Virus record (IMG/VR): IMGVR_UViG_3300008952_000048
Coordinates: 1-61,196 of that record
Source: a virus
Lineage: Duplodnaviria; Caudoviricetes
Direction: 5' to 3' (one strand)
Length of the DNA: 61,196 bases
Both the position numbers and the translations under genes were made by a program. Of this stretch, positions 29,001-38,395 are shown one piece after another (position 1 is the stretch's first letter; each line of letters starts with the position of its first letter). The notes below the pieces were generated by a model that saw only the letters and a list, made by a program, of their open reading frames with translations, searched no databases and was not told where the DNA came from.

Positions 29001-30726
29001 TGACAACGATCTTAATACTTTAAATTCCGGAAGCATCACTACCACCTCATCTTATGGGGCAATCACCTCAAGTCTTCCCTCCTCTGTTGGCGGCTTGGCA
29101 TATAATTACTTGGATGATGTAATTTATTTCTCTTCGGGCTCTTCTGTTTATGCGGTGACGGGAACTTCTGGAGACTCAAACCTCTTGTATGAGGTGGGCA
29201 TTGCAAGCGAGATCCTAGATATCAGGTATGACCCAAGAGGGATCGAAAAATATAGCGGCCTCCAGGGTCGCATATATATGCTGACTAGGTATGACGATGC
29301 CCCCTACAACGGCATGCATATTACTTCATTCATGGACAAGCATGGCAAAAATGATGAAACTGTTTGCTATAACGATTGGGAAAATTATACGACCGTTGAC
29401 TATCCCTCTCCTACATCGATGGAGCTCGATTTGGATAGGAGAGACGCATATTTTCTTAATCACGGAGAGGAATTTGCAATTGTCACAAAGTGCCCGATGG
29501 CAGAACCCATCGCCACCTACCCGCCATCAGCAATGCCGCCATTCCCTCCCATTGCTCGCTACCCCATCGCAGGAACAACGGGATCTGAAAACTTACCAAC
29601 AATACTTTCAACGAATAGGTCAGGCTACCCAGACTATTACGATATCGACAACCTCAGCGTCCCAGATGCCGTTCTTAGGACAATTTTCTATACGGACGGG
29701 AATAACACTGACATTCTAAAGAGGGATAAGTCGGGCCTCTATTTCGGGTCTCAAATTTTGGTCCACGAGACATATGAAAATGCAAATGGCTGCGCTGTAG
29801 ACTATTACAATAAGAAAGTTTATTATACTAAATATGGCGGCGGCGAAGCATATGTTCAATCCTCTAGTTTTGATGGATCGAATTGGGGCACCGTTGCTGG
29901 CACTTTCGGTGCAGCGGGTGTCACTATTCGTGGTATTGCAGCTGCCCCCAAGCTTGGTAAAATATTCTGGTGCCGTCGCAACGGTTCGGATCCTGCAGAC
30001 AACACAATTTATAGCGCATCACTACACGGCGAAAACATCGGAGTTGTCCTATCGGGCCTCCAAGATCCTTATGATGTTGTGATTGATCAGGAAAATAACA
30101 AACTTTACTACGTAGATGGCGCCAACGGAGCCCCCGGCGGATACTGGACAAACCAAGTATTTAGTGCCAGCGTCGACGGATCAAATCACGGCCCACTTAA
30201 CAGCGAGATACAAACTCTCCTCCAGACTGATGTTAATGATAGCTGGGGCAACCCAGCTATAGATTTAGACCGCCTCAGTCAAACTTTATACTTTGTCGGC
30301 CGCTATACCGGAACCCCAACAGACACCAGAGTCCACAAGTGTGATATCTACGGAAAGAATGCATCTCTTATCCTAAGAGACCAGCAGCCAGACTCTATAA
30401 ACCCAATTGACATTTTGGTGGACCCATGGGCAGACAGACTTTATTATATGTTTAATGACACTCCTGATTATTGCATGTCTAGTAGCTTATCCAACCCCGG
30501 TACTGGCTCTGAGAATTTATCTGGAGTGGCGTGGATACCGACGGGAAGCGGTGGTCCATCCTTATTAAAAATGTCTTTTTACTTTGAAGGTCGTGGGAAG
30601 AATGTAAATAGGTACTCCGGACCAGACCTGTATACGATTACCAACTCTGGCTCAAATGGCGATATTTCCAGAACCTCATCACCACTCGTAATTCTAGGAA
30701 CCAACAGTGAGCCAAACAAGACATAA
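26008..30726 (+). CDS. multi-propeller YWTD (LDL-receptor class B repeat) protein with an inserted MAM domain; putative receptor-binding virion protein
   Basis: About 20 blades of type P.GIALD....IYWTD....IxRxxxDG; MAM motifs TPSGNTGP, YYAYCEAS, MSFWYHMFGAAMGTLEV, WREATVNL, TGDLSIDYI. Confidence 0.85.
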   Translation: MSNYGQQKYLSSSVIVSGLDKPKGIHVPKKGETYDGEIYWSELGSTEEDILPSDRESKKNTETFFHTPGSLTESCSKSTLGVIKRGNLNGLGQIYDIETIQTGNIYGDGVCAPFLGNSLYIDATTGSALCWTDVLGGRYDVKGGYYGFVGHSRLNESGTEATTYPYFYWGSDEPGINQAGCTWITGSHHSAGQTPGILWASQREGATGLCYKSSSLSPNSASMQIWSSSLAQPNGPGQFPYSVAYDESENYVYWTTLGSSEGDGTAGNNRNFSGSDGKIWRGNLDLTNLTMSNVEVLVEGFYPTALTPSYQPAGHSCTNYPIALSLDLDSRYIYWSAGKLQTEMGEQCFPLIAFQNYEGGPQRSIYRCSMDGTHQTFKTGLGNPYGVAVDSKNRKLYWADQSGDEIKRADLAPGSAADTIISSGEGSADGVYDLALDVDADKLFYITKDSILKIFSSSLDGSGGGTLIDSYSSSTPRGIALDTSAQKIYWTDSSRHWVQRMDYDGSNKETLVDDTGTHPIENPGGITLDTAAGQMYFTEFYNGAEAILRAPMDGTSSAPVETLVHSSSVFPMNFPCGIDLDIPNRLMYWVDGTTDTTVPYDGVWRASMDGTASYRGAPEMLINLSPDGGSGVITRYISLDRPGKKMYWSDSETDIIQYADMSPVQEVVSNLNMPMATSIADGHLYWTDMVDGTISRRPLVGTGYYAPVGTQPMDRDVWYSKFQQVKNLPESSEIKDSSIDQINKKIYWLASGYTESFEQEHPGYSATSSADPADSYVGNFSSSGNWYNGYQGASPDGTDAKPYAFLWRKGTTPSGNTGPTNAYRGDYYAYCEASDNPANDGPQGPGTNYKIFEMSRSFGTAHTVKEMSFWYHMFGAAMGTLEVSRSTNGTDWNGLTFYADGISTTSLSGQQQTASADPWREATVNLSAMAGSSFYVKIRSITGDNYTGDLSIDYIQFDPSIKRSDLDGGSVEDILTGSVADGAARIAVSPENDRFYWADNDLNTLNSGSITTTSSYGAITSSLPSSVGGLAYNYLDDVIYFSSGSSVYAVTGTSGDSNLLYEVGIASEILDIRYDPRGIEKYSGLQGRIYMLTRYDDAPYNGMHITSFMDKHGKNDETVCYNDWENYTTVDYPSPTSMELDLDRRDAYFLNHGEEFAIVTKCPMAEPIATYPPSAMPPFPPIARYPIAGTTGSENLPTILSTNRSGYPDYYDIDNLSVPDAVLRTIFYTDGNNTDILKRDKSGLYFGSQILVHETYENANGCAVDYYNKKVYYTKYGGGEAYVQSSSFDGSNWGTVAGTFGAAGVTIRGIAAAPKLGKIFWCRRNGSDPADNTIYSASLHGENIGVVLSGLQDPYDVVIDQENNKLYYVDGANGAPGGYWTNQVFSASVDGSNHGPLNSEIQTLLQTDVNDSWGNPAIDLDRLSQTLYFVGRYTGTPTDTRVHKCDIYGKNASLILRDQQPDSINPIDILVDPWADRLYYMFNDTPDYCMSSSLSNPGTGSENLSGVAWIPTGSGGPSLLKMSFYFEGRGKNVNRYSGPDLYTITNSGSNGDISRTSSPLVILGTNSEPNKT

Positions 30727-30794
30727 AACCACCATTTACGCAATAAACCACATATCAGCATATTTATTAATGTTAAGAAGAATATAAGGTATTT

Positions 30795-33700
30795 ATGAGC
30801 AACGACGGAAACAAATCAGCAAGAAGAGTCCCATTCACAATGTTCAGTTCCTCCGCAACAGGAGGGTACTTAACAGACCTACATGCAAACTTCACTTCCA
30901 GCATAGAAATAAACAACATGCACACGGATACTTATGGAGATTTCCGGCATCCTCCGATGCAAGGTCCGTTTACTGAGCAACACGTTGGCGGAATGCCCCA
31001 CCGACACACCAAGATTCTTTTGTCGGGAGACATGGAGTATATTACCACAAACGTTGATGGGCCAGATGGTTATTGGGATGAGACGCCCCTCTATGTGACT
31101 CCTTTGGATTCCCCCGTCAGCACAGATACAGTTTGGCAATTGGACGGCAGCGGTGATTTAACTCCGCTAACGGGAGCATTGATTTCAAACAATACTATAT
31201 GGGAATTGGTGGATGCCGATACTGCCCTCTCACCCGGCGAGCCCGACGAGGAGAGTTATTGGCGAATCTATAAAACGGACTGCAAACCAGAGGGATTCTA
31301 TATTATTCCCCTTGCCGGCAATTTAAATGTATATGGCGCAGATTATGGAACAGCCCCTCGCTCTTGGCTTTATCGAGACGAGTTTGCAAAACGGCCATTG
31401 AACATTAGAAATATCAAAAGTGGAGACGCATGCACTGTTGTGGGCAATTTTAGCATGGAATACGAAGTTGTTCAGATCGCAGGAAGAACAATAAATCCTA
31501 GACATTATGCAGAATATCCAGAACAATATACAGCCGAATTCCCTCTCCATCGGGGAACAGAAGGAAGGGTTTTAAATACCCTCAACGAAGACGGCCAACC
31601 AGCCACAGGAACCCTTCCCGATTACACTCTTCCCGACAATACAGGCTCTCTTAACAACTTCATCTTTGTAAGCAAATTCTCAGCCCCCGGCGACAGATAC
31701 ACAATGTCTCGTGGATTTTTAAATCCAATTGGCGAGGAGCTGTCGGCCTACAATGCGAGTCCATTTAGAAACTTGACAGCCAAAGCTGAATTATCTGAAG
31801 ACTTGGCAACGCATACGCCGAAAGCAACCGATATCCCGCCTCTATCTGGCACCCTCTACCACACAACAAACCGGAATACGAGATTATATAAAGAATTATC
31901 TGGCTCTTCTTCTGATGTTGTTATAGATAAACTTGTGTATGACGACGGATATGTAACTCACGCCATACCTCAGAGTACATTGCAATATAGTTGGGTTACT
32001 GCCTCGGCCGTTACAACCCGCAGCGAATTTCCAGGGTATGCCACCGGAAGTGATATCGCCTTCTATTCAAATAGCGTCGGCTTTGATTCCCCAATGAACA
32101 ATGTTTATATTGATCCGGTTAATGCTACACAATCTTTTGATTCCTCCGGCTCCGTATATGGATATAACAGTTGGAAGGAAATCCGAGGAGGAGAAAGAAG
32201 ACTCTCCAGGTATTACAGGGAACACAATATTCTCCCCGTCACCAACGAGGTCTCTGAAAAGACAACTCAATATATTGAACCACCAGTTGTGGCAAAACAC
32301 CTGCCAATGGAACATGAGTTGGCAATTGATGCGACAGGAACCCCATTCCTCCTCTCAAGTGTTTATGGAAACAAACTAACTCGTTATTCAAACAACGCAA
32401 TTAATGTACTTTATAATTTTTGGGTATCGGATGCGAATACTAAATATGCGGAGCTAAAAAGTTTATATATCAACAGTTCAGTGCCAGCAGCAAACAATCC
32501 AGTTAAAGCATTTTATTCTTTGACTTATGGACAAACCTTGTGGCCCAAGGACGAAAACGCCTTTATGAAAAAGGTAAGAGTAAGAGGAAATTACCAAGAA
32601 GTGCCGGGGACAGGCTTGCGAGGATACGACAGATTATACGGAACTCAGAACAAAATGAATAGCCCCAATCTGATGAGAGATCCAACCGCTCTAAATTCAC
32701 AAGGAGTTGCTAACGCATCTTTGGCTTTCGATCCGATGAAGACCGACGGCGCCAACTCCTTTCCAAATCTTGGCACCGGCGTAACGCCTGGAGTTTTCTC
32801 CGGCGATGTGGGAGAGCTTAATTTTGATACTGACAGATCTTTCACATCAAGCGCCTCTCCAATATCTTCTTTAGACTTTTTTGAAACGAACTACCTCCGT
32901 GTTGACTTGACGAGCAGCGACTACAATGAGAGACTTATCGAGCAAATGTCAGGAAAAAACAGATGGTATGACAACTATGATGATTATGAGGAAAACATGA
33001 GAGGCATGAAAAAGGAAACCTCAATCCTCCCAGAGTTTAGAATTTCGGAACACATGGATTATTATATTAATGAGGCAGCAGGAAATTTCCGGGCAGAGAA
33101 TAAGAACTTTCTCACTCTCCTCGGAGCAAACTACACCTCCTCAGCCGAGACACAAACTTCTACAACCTTCAATGTGGATTTTGATAATACCTATTTATCA
33201 TCCGAGGAATTTGATCGCTTGAAGCAAATTAGAGACGATCACCTCACCTATGCGAAGCCAAAGAAAATAACCCTCAAAGCAACGGGGGTAAAGAAGCTGC
33301 TTCCCTATAACGGGTTCTACCCGGATACGAGGACAGTTCAGCTTGGCAACTTACTTAGCGAATCATTGTCGGCGGATATTGTGGGGTATAAAGCAGATCC
33401 TACAAATCCCGACATTGAGGAGACTTTTTTGGAAAGATCTGATGAACATGGATACGAGGCTTTCTTAAAATCCCTTGCTTCTCCGGGACTTTTGTATAAT
33501 ACTATGAAGGCTGGCATCGCAGTTAGTTATCCTGTTTATAGTCAGATCCCTGCAACATCATCTGTTCCGTTTGAGCCTCCGTTTGAAGTTGGATCAAATG
33601 CTCGCCTTATAAACCCAACTGCCGAAATGGCCCTTTCTTCTAGCGTAACGTCTAATTTCACTCTTCCCTTCGAGGCGCTTGTTAACTTAAATGAAAACTT

Positions 33701-36700
33701 ACCAAAGGGAGAGAGGGTTCATTTAGTGAGTTCAAATCCGGCCCAACTTGAGGAGGGTTCTTTTGCTACGAGTTCTCTATATTATGGAAAGTGGGGAGGC
33801 TCGAAGAAACCAAATTTTGAAATAGCTGCACATAATTATCTGGCCGAAAGTGTTAATTTCTTTTTAAAGAAATCACAACTTAACACATTTTTATCGGCCC
33901 CCCAAGTTGAGTTCGCGGATGTGGAACCAGACAAGAAATACTATATGGATGTGGTCTTGAGGGACGATGCGGAGATGAATAAGTTCGCTGAATATGGCGG
34001 TGTAACTGCTTCCTGGCCAGTCTTTGAAGATGTGAGTGAAGATATTCTACAAAGCGCGCCCAACTTAGGAGCAGGAACAATTGTTAAATCTGCAATTATT
34101 GAAGATGGTTCCGGTGGCGCATATTCCCTTTGGGCAACTTCAAGGACCGTATGTGATAGCACTAATTCTTCCGATGTTTATTTTGTTCATACCTCTGATA
34201 TTGGATATTCGAGACTCCTTCAAACAATTCCATCCCCAAATACAAATGATGCCTTTGGGTATTCGATGGATATTTGTTCTGGCACAGTCGGTCGAACCTC
34301 CTCCGACATATTATTCACTGTTAGTGATAATTCGATGCTTGACGATGGGACGCAATATTTTGTCTTATCCACTGGTTCGGCCGGCGAAACATATAAATTT
34401 GTTTGCACATCGTCGGTGACAGGGGACATAGCTCCCAACATTTTTGAATTCGAAAAAGACATCAACGCAAAGGAGAGTGCCACAAATCTCGCAGCCGTGA
34501 TCAACTTATCAGCATCAGAGTTCACTGCGACCGCCTTTAACCCAGACTCGGTGAATAATTATTATTATATCAGAATTTCTTCTTCTGTTGCTGAAGCCAC
34601 CGCCAACGCCTACAACCTTACATCAACCTTGTCTAATACCACGCCCACCGACTCTTTACTCAGCGGAGGGTCTGACGGAGAACAGGGCAACTTTTTTATA
34701 ATCGGTGCACCATGCACCGCCCCAGAAGATCTTTTAGACTGGGAAGACACCTCTTTTGGTAATTGCTCTGAAAACGACGTTTATGCATATCCGCATGGCC
34801 AGGGACAATACAGCGAACTGCCCGCTGCCCGAATGCAAACTGGCAGTGCTTATCTTTATTCCCACGTCCCTAGTTCGAACAAGCTTACGCTGGAAGAAAC
34901 AATTAGTCCTCTATGGCTGTTTTATAAAGGCGGGATGTCGGGTCCTGATCCATGCGTTCCTTATGGAAACAGTGAAACACCAAGGCATTGTAGTGGTGTC
35001 GGCAAAGCCGTCGCAATTTGTAATGATAATCAATACCACGATCAGGCCATCAATGGCATTCATTGGGCTGTGGCAGCAAACTACGTTAACTCCTCCATCG
35101 GCACCAGCGGAGATCTCTATTATCCAATGCAGGGCGTAGCACTTTGGATGAACTATCAAAGGGCCGGCGATTTTGACCAATACTCTGACCCTTTAGAAAC
35201 CGGCCCTGCTTATCTTTTAGATGGCTGGTACCCTACATTCCCTGGGTCAAACCCTGGAGACGAACAAGCAACGTTGTCCCTTTCGATAGGCGCCGACAAT
35301 ACAGGCAAAGTAAGGGCCGTCATAGCCGCATCGGATATTTCTGCATCCACGACTGGCAATGTTGCCTGGGCAACGTTTGAAGAGGGCCCCTCTAAAAGTG
35401 CACCATGCCCCGTTCTAACTGGCCCACCATCCCCCTCACCCGGCGTTACGGGCTCAATAATACATAATGCATCCACAACGGAAGACTCTTGCAGGGTCGC
35501 GGTGTCAGCAATAAAGAACGCCCCGGATGCTGATTTTCATTATGCCATATCGTATCAGACTGATGGTTGCGTCGCAAGCAACTGCTTATTTAAGTTAACT
35601 GTAAGTTCTTCTGTTGTTGGAACCTCCACGACCCCCACTTCATTCGCCGATCACGATGGCACTTCCGATATGAGTCCCGCAATTGCCTTTGCCCTCGGCG
35701 GCCCAATGACAGGAACCTTGTTGAACTCAGTAAACGATCCAGTTTCTATTGATATGTATTCTATACCACTTCCAGCATCCCCAGGATCCCTTCCAACTCC
35801 AGATACAGTCCTTACCACTCCGGCATCAAGCGAACAAGTGAAACATCTTGGATTTTCAGTTAATCCTTCGGGCCTCTGGAATCGGTTTATCTCTTTAGGT
35901 CAATATGGAGAAGATGGCGCCGGCGATGATTTTTTCATAATTTATGATGCACCCCGTGAACTAAACTATAAGCAGCATGGGAGATTATTTGGATTGCCAG
36001 TTGACGATATATATGATCCGGCCTACATTCAGTATACTCCTCCTGGGTTTTATGGCGAGTCCATTGCCCGCATAGCCTTTTCTTCTAGCACTGGCCAAAC
36101 TGTATCTCTTGATGAAATTATAGCATCATCGGTTGTGGACGAGATTCTCACCTTGAATCAGGGGAAAATAAAATCATCCAAAACCGGCCTAGATAGATCT
36201 TTATTCTCCACTCAGGATTCTGCAAAAATGCCGGTTTCATCTTCTGTTAGTTTGTTCGGAAAAGTAATTCAACCAGACATCCAATTTTCAGTAGGCGCCG
36301 ACGGAGATGCCACAAGTGCAGATAGAGCAACATCTGGTGACGTTAATAAGGCTAGGTGGGCCATTTCAACAAAGTATGAATGCCCAGTCTTAAATGTATC
36401 TTCAAGTCTGTATGCTGAAAATTATAGCTCTCACTATCCTGATCTAGAGGACAACCCTATTTGGGAAAATGGAAATAACTCTTTTCGCCTTCCAAGTTCC
36501 GTGTGGACAAGCTACGGCCAACCTGTAGCCCCAGAAAAGGGATATTATTTTGAGCTCCGAGAAAATCCAGAAAAAACACCTTCAGACGGATCTTTAATCC
36601 AGCTTTGCGGCTTCACTGCCGGAACAAAAAAGATTGGCACCGTTGCAGATCAGAGAGTGATGAGCGAGGCAATTATGGTCATTCCATATTTAGATCGCAA

Positions 36701-37310
36701 GATTCCCCACAAGACAGTTGAAATCGAAAGTGGGAAGCACTTCATCCGGTACAGCCGAACTGAGCTTAAGAGGCAAAAGGCGAACATAGAAGATAAGGGA
36801 TATGCAATTGATTCTGATATCACTGCAACCTCTATATCCGAACAGATCACCGGCATGAAAAATTATGTCATACCACCTCAATACAATTTTATACAATACG
36901 ATGATATTAAGCCATTTGCTTATTATTTCCTCGAATTCGATCATACACTGAGCCAGCGAGATTTAATTGACATTTGGCAAGGTGTAATGCCTTCGATTGC
37001 AATGAACCCTGAAACAGATGAGGTAGAGATCTCTCACGATATCGATAAGTATAATTTCTTTTACAATGTAAATTTCCCAACTGATATAAAGTTCATGGTA
37101 TTTAAGGTGAAGAAGAAAGCAGGCTGGAACTACTACGAAATTACGGCAGACTCCAAGGATGATACGAGATTTAAATTCGATTTTCAGGGAGATGGACAGG
37201 TAGAAGTTGTGCCCGACTATAATTACAATTGGCCTTATGATTTCTGCTCTCTTGTGGAGCGAGCAAAGGTTGACGTTAGTGTTACTTTCAAGAAGGATGG
37301 AGAAGAATGA
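30795..37310 (+). CDS. 2171-aa virion structural protein with an FG-GAP-like propeller segment
   Basis: Long uninterrupted ORF in the tail module; DAFGYSMDI, FFIIGAP, TGSAYLY, GVGKAVAI motifs. Confidence 0.7.
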   Translation: MSNDGNKSARRVPFTMFSSSATGGYLTDLHANFTSSIEINNMHTDTYGDFRHPPMQGPFTEQHVGGMPHRHTKILLSGDMEYITTNVDGPDGYWDETPLYVTPLDSPVSTDTVWQLDGSGDLTPLTGALISNNTIWELVDADTALSPGEPDEESYWRIYKTDCKPEGFYIIPLAGNLNVYGADYGTAPRSWLYRDEFAKRPLNIRNIKSGDACTVVGNFSMEYEVVQIAGRTINPRHYAEYPEQYTAEFPLHRGTEGRVLNTLNEDGQPATGTLPDYTLPDNTGSLNNFIFVSKFSAPGDRYTMSRGFLNPIGEELSAYNASPFRNLTAKAELSEDLATHTPKATDIPPLSGTLYHTTNRNTRLYKELSGSSSDVVIDKLVYDDGYVTHAIPQSTLQYSWVTASAVTTRSEFPGYATGSDIAFYSNSVGFDSPMNNVYIDPVNATQSFDSSGSVYGYNSWKEIRGGERRLSRYYREHNILPVTNEVSEKTTQYIEPPVVAKHLPMEHELAIDATGTPFLLSSVYGNKLTRYSNNAINVLYNFWVSDANTKYAELKSLYINSSVPAANNPVKAFYSLTYGQTLWPKDENAFMKKVRVRGNYQEVPGTGLRGYDRLYGTQNKMNSPNLMRDPTALNSQGVANASLAFDPMKTDGANSFPNLGTGVTPGVFSGDVGELNFDTDRSFTSSASPISSLDFFETNYLRVDLTSSDYNERLIEQMSGKNRWYDNYDDYEENMRGMKKETSILPEFRISEHMDYYINEAAGNFRAENKNFLTLLGANYTSSAETQTSTTFNVDFDNTYLSSEEFDRLKQIRDDHLTYAKPKKITLKATGVKKLLPYNGFYPDTRTVQLGNLLSESLSADIVGYKADPTNPDIEETFLERSDEHGYEAFLKSLASPGLLYNTMKAGIAVSYPVYSQIPATSSVPFEPPFEVGSNARLINPTAEMALSSSVTSNFTLPFEALVNLNENLPKGERVHLVSSNPAQLEEGSFATSSLYYGKWGGSKKPNFEIAAHNYLAESVNFFLKKSQLNTFLSAPQVEFADVEPDKKYYMDVVLRDDAEMNKFAEYGGVTASWPVFEDVSEDILQSAPNLGAGTIVKSAIIEDGSGGAYSLWATSRTVCDSTNSSDVYFVHTSDIGYSRLLQTIPSPNTNDAFGYSMDICSGTVGRTSSDILFTVSDNSMLDDGTQYFVLSTGSAGETYKFVCTSSVTGDIAPNIFEFEKDINAKESATNLAAVINLSASEFTATAFNPDSVNNYYYIRISSSVAEATANAYNLTSTLSNTTPTDSLLSGGSDGEQGNFFIIGAPCTAPEDLLDWEDTSFGNCSENDVYAYPHGQGQYSELPAARMQTGSAYLYSHVPSSNKLTLEETISPLWLFYKGGMSGPDPCVPYGNSETPRHCSGVGKAVAICNDNQYHDQAINGIHWAVAANYVNSSIGTSGDLYYPMQGVALWMNYQRAGDFDQYSDPLETGPAYLLDGWYPTFPGSNPGDEQATLSLSIGADNTGKVRAVIAASDISASTTGNVAWATFEEGPSKSAPCPVLTGPPSPSPGVTGSIIHNASTTEDSCRVAVSAIKNAPDADFHYAISYQTDGCVASNCLFKLTVSSSVVGTSTTPTSFADHDGTSDMSPAIAFALGGPMTGTLLNSVNDPVSIDMYSIPLPASPGSLPTPDTVLTTPASSEQVKHLGFSVNPSGLWNRFISLGQYGEDGAGDDFFIIYDAPRELNYKQHGRLFGLPVDDIYDPAYIQYTPPGFYGESIARIAFSSSTGQTVSLDEIIASSVVDEILTLNQGKIKSSKTGLDRSLFSTQDSAKMPVSSSVSLFGKVIQPDIQFSVGADGDATSADRATSGDVNKARWAISTKYECPVLNVSSSLYAENYSSHYPDLEDNPIWENGNNSFRLPSSVWTSYGQPVAPEKGYYFELRENPEKTPSDGSLIQLCGFTAGTKKIGTVADQRVMSEAIMVIPYLDRKIPHKTVEIESGKHFIRYSRTELKRQKANIEDKGYAIDSDITATSISEQITGMKNYVIPPQYNFIQYDDIKPFAYYFLEFDHTLSQRDLIDIWQGVMPSIAMNPETDEVEISHDIDKYNFFYNVNFPTDIKFMVFKVKKKAGWNYYEITADSKDDTRFKFDFQGDGQVEVVPDYNYNWPYDFCSLVERAKVDVSVTFKKDGEE

Positions 37311-38395
37311 CATTTTTTGATAAGAAAGAAGAAGTTATTGAAATCAAATTGACATCCTTTGGAAAGTCTCTCTATTCTAGAGGAAAGCTTAAGCCATCCT
37401 ATTATGCCTTTTATGATGAGGATGTTATTTATGACAGCCTCTATGGGTGTTCATCCGGCAGTGCCGATCAGAGGATAGGCGAGACTCCACGATCTAGGGT
37501 GCAGACCAGCAGGACTGGAGTTGACAACAACCTAGAAAAGATAGATACTTTTTACGAAAACTTTATCGCTTCGGGGATCGCCCCTAGTGATGCTAAGGAA
37601 ATAAATTTAGTCGAGGAAGCAAGAAGAAGAGATATATTTCTTCCAATTGGTAGCTCCGCAAATAGCACTCCTTACTATCCGGCTTGGAGATCATACCTCC
37701 TGTTGGGAAACTCAGACTCAACAAAGCCGTATTTTTATTTTGGAAATGAGACAGGATCTGTCGTTAACATCCCTCAAATAGATATTAAGAAGAGGGTGTT
37801 TACCTCAAAAGCAATTCGAGGCTCTGATGATAATACTGCACTCTATGGTTATGTATTCCCAGATGGAAGTAGCCTCACTCTTAAGGAAAATGAAAATGCT
37901 GAGTTTTTGCTTTACCTGGAAGAAAAGAATGCTTCATCGGACAATAAGAACTTTAGTGTTGAAGTATATGAAATGACAGAAGAGAATGGCAAAGAGATGT
38001 TATACCCTCTTAAATTTAAAAAGGGGGCCCAAACTAACAGGATTGTGGATGGGATTATGCTTGACAGTGATCCAGAGATTGGTACGCCTCCCCCTCCCGC
38101 CGATCCTACTGAGATGGTGGATTATTATTTTGATGTGGAGCTTGACGAGGAAATCTCGGTGGACATTCTACGAAGAGCGTTCCAAAGCGGAAGGTTCGCG
38201 GGCATCGAGGATTTAGAATCTCTTGTAAGCACATTTAGATTTCCCCCTGGCACCGACGCCACTTCTGGCGGCCCGTCTAGTGAGATATACGGATTGAGCT
38301 TGGATGACATTGCTCAAATGGATAGTGAAATTATAGAAGGCATGGAAACTGGCCTATACGATGAGGACGATAATAGCGATGACGACCCCTGTTAA
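37307..38395 (+). CDS. virion structural protein
   Basis: N-terminus (FFD..EVIEIKLTSFGK..L.PSYYAFYDEDVIYD) is paralogous to 43940..44836; acidic C-terminus; ATGA coupling. Confidence 0.7.
   Translation: MTFFDKKEEVIEIKLTSFGKSLYSRGKLKPSYYAFYDEDVIYDSLYGCSSGSADQRIGETPRSRVQTSRTGVDNNLEKIDTFYENFIASGIAPSDAKEINLVEEARRRDIFLPIGSSANSTPYYPAWRSYLLLGNSDSTKPYFYFGNETGSVVNIPQIDIKKRVFTSKAIRGSDDNTALYGYVFPDGSSLTLKENENAEFLLYLEEKNASSDNKNFSVEVYEMTEENGKEMLYPLKFKKGAQTNRIVDGIMLDSDPEIGTPPPPADPTEMVDYYFDVELDEEISVDILRRAFQSGRFAGIEDLESLVSTFRFPPGTDATSGGPSSEIYGLSLDDIAQMDSEIIEGMETGLYDEDDNSDDDPC

Noticed and set aside
26008-30726. Eukaryotic LRP gene contamination
   Set aside because: No introns, signal peptide, EGF/LDLa cysteine modules or TM helix; it shares the S/T-x-S signature of neighbouring phage proteins.
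23599-30726. Diversity-generating retroelement or invertible fibre cassette
   Set aside because: No reverse transcriptase or invertase in the window, and no ~100-nt repeat pair with adenine-specific mismatches noticed; only a 25-nt repeat.
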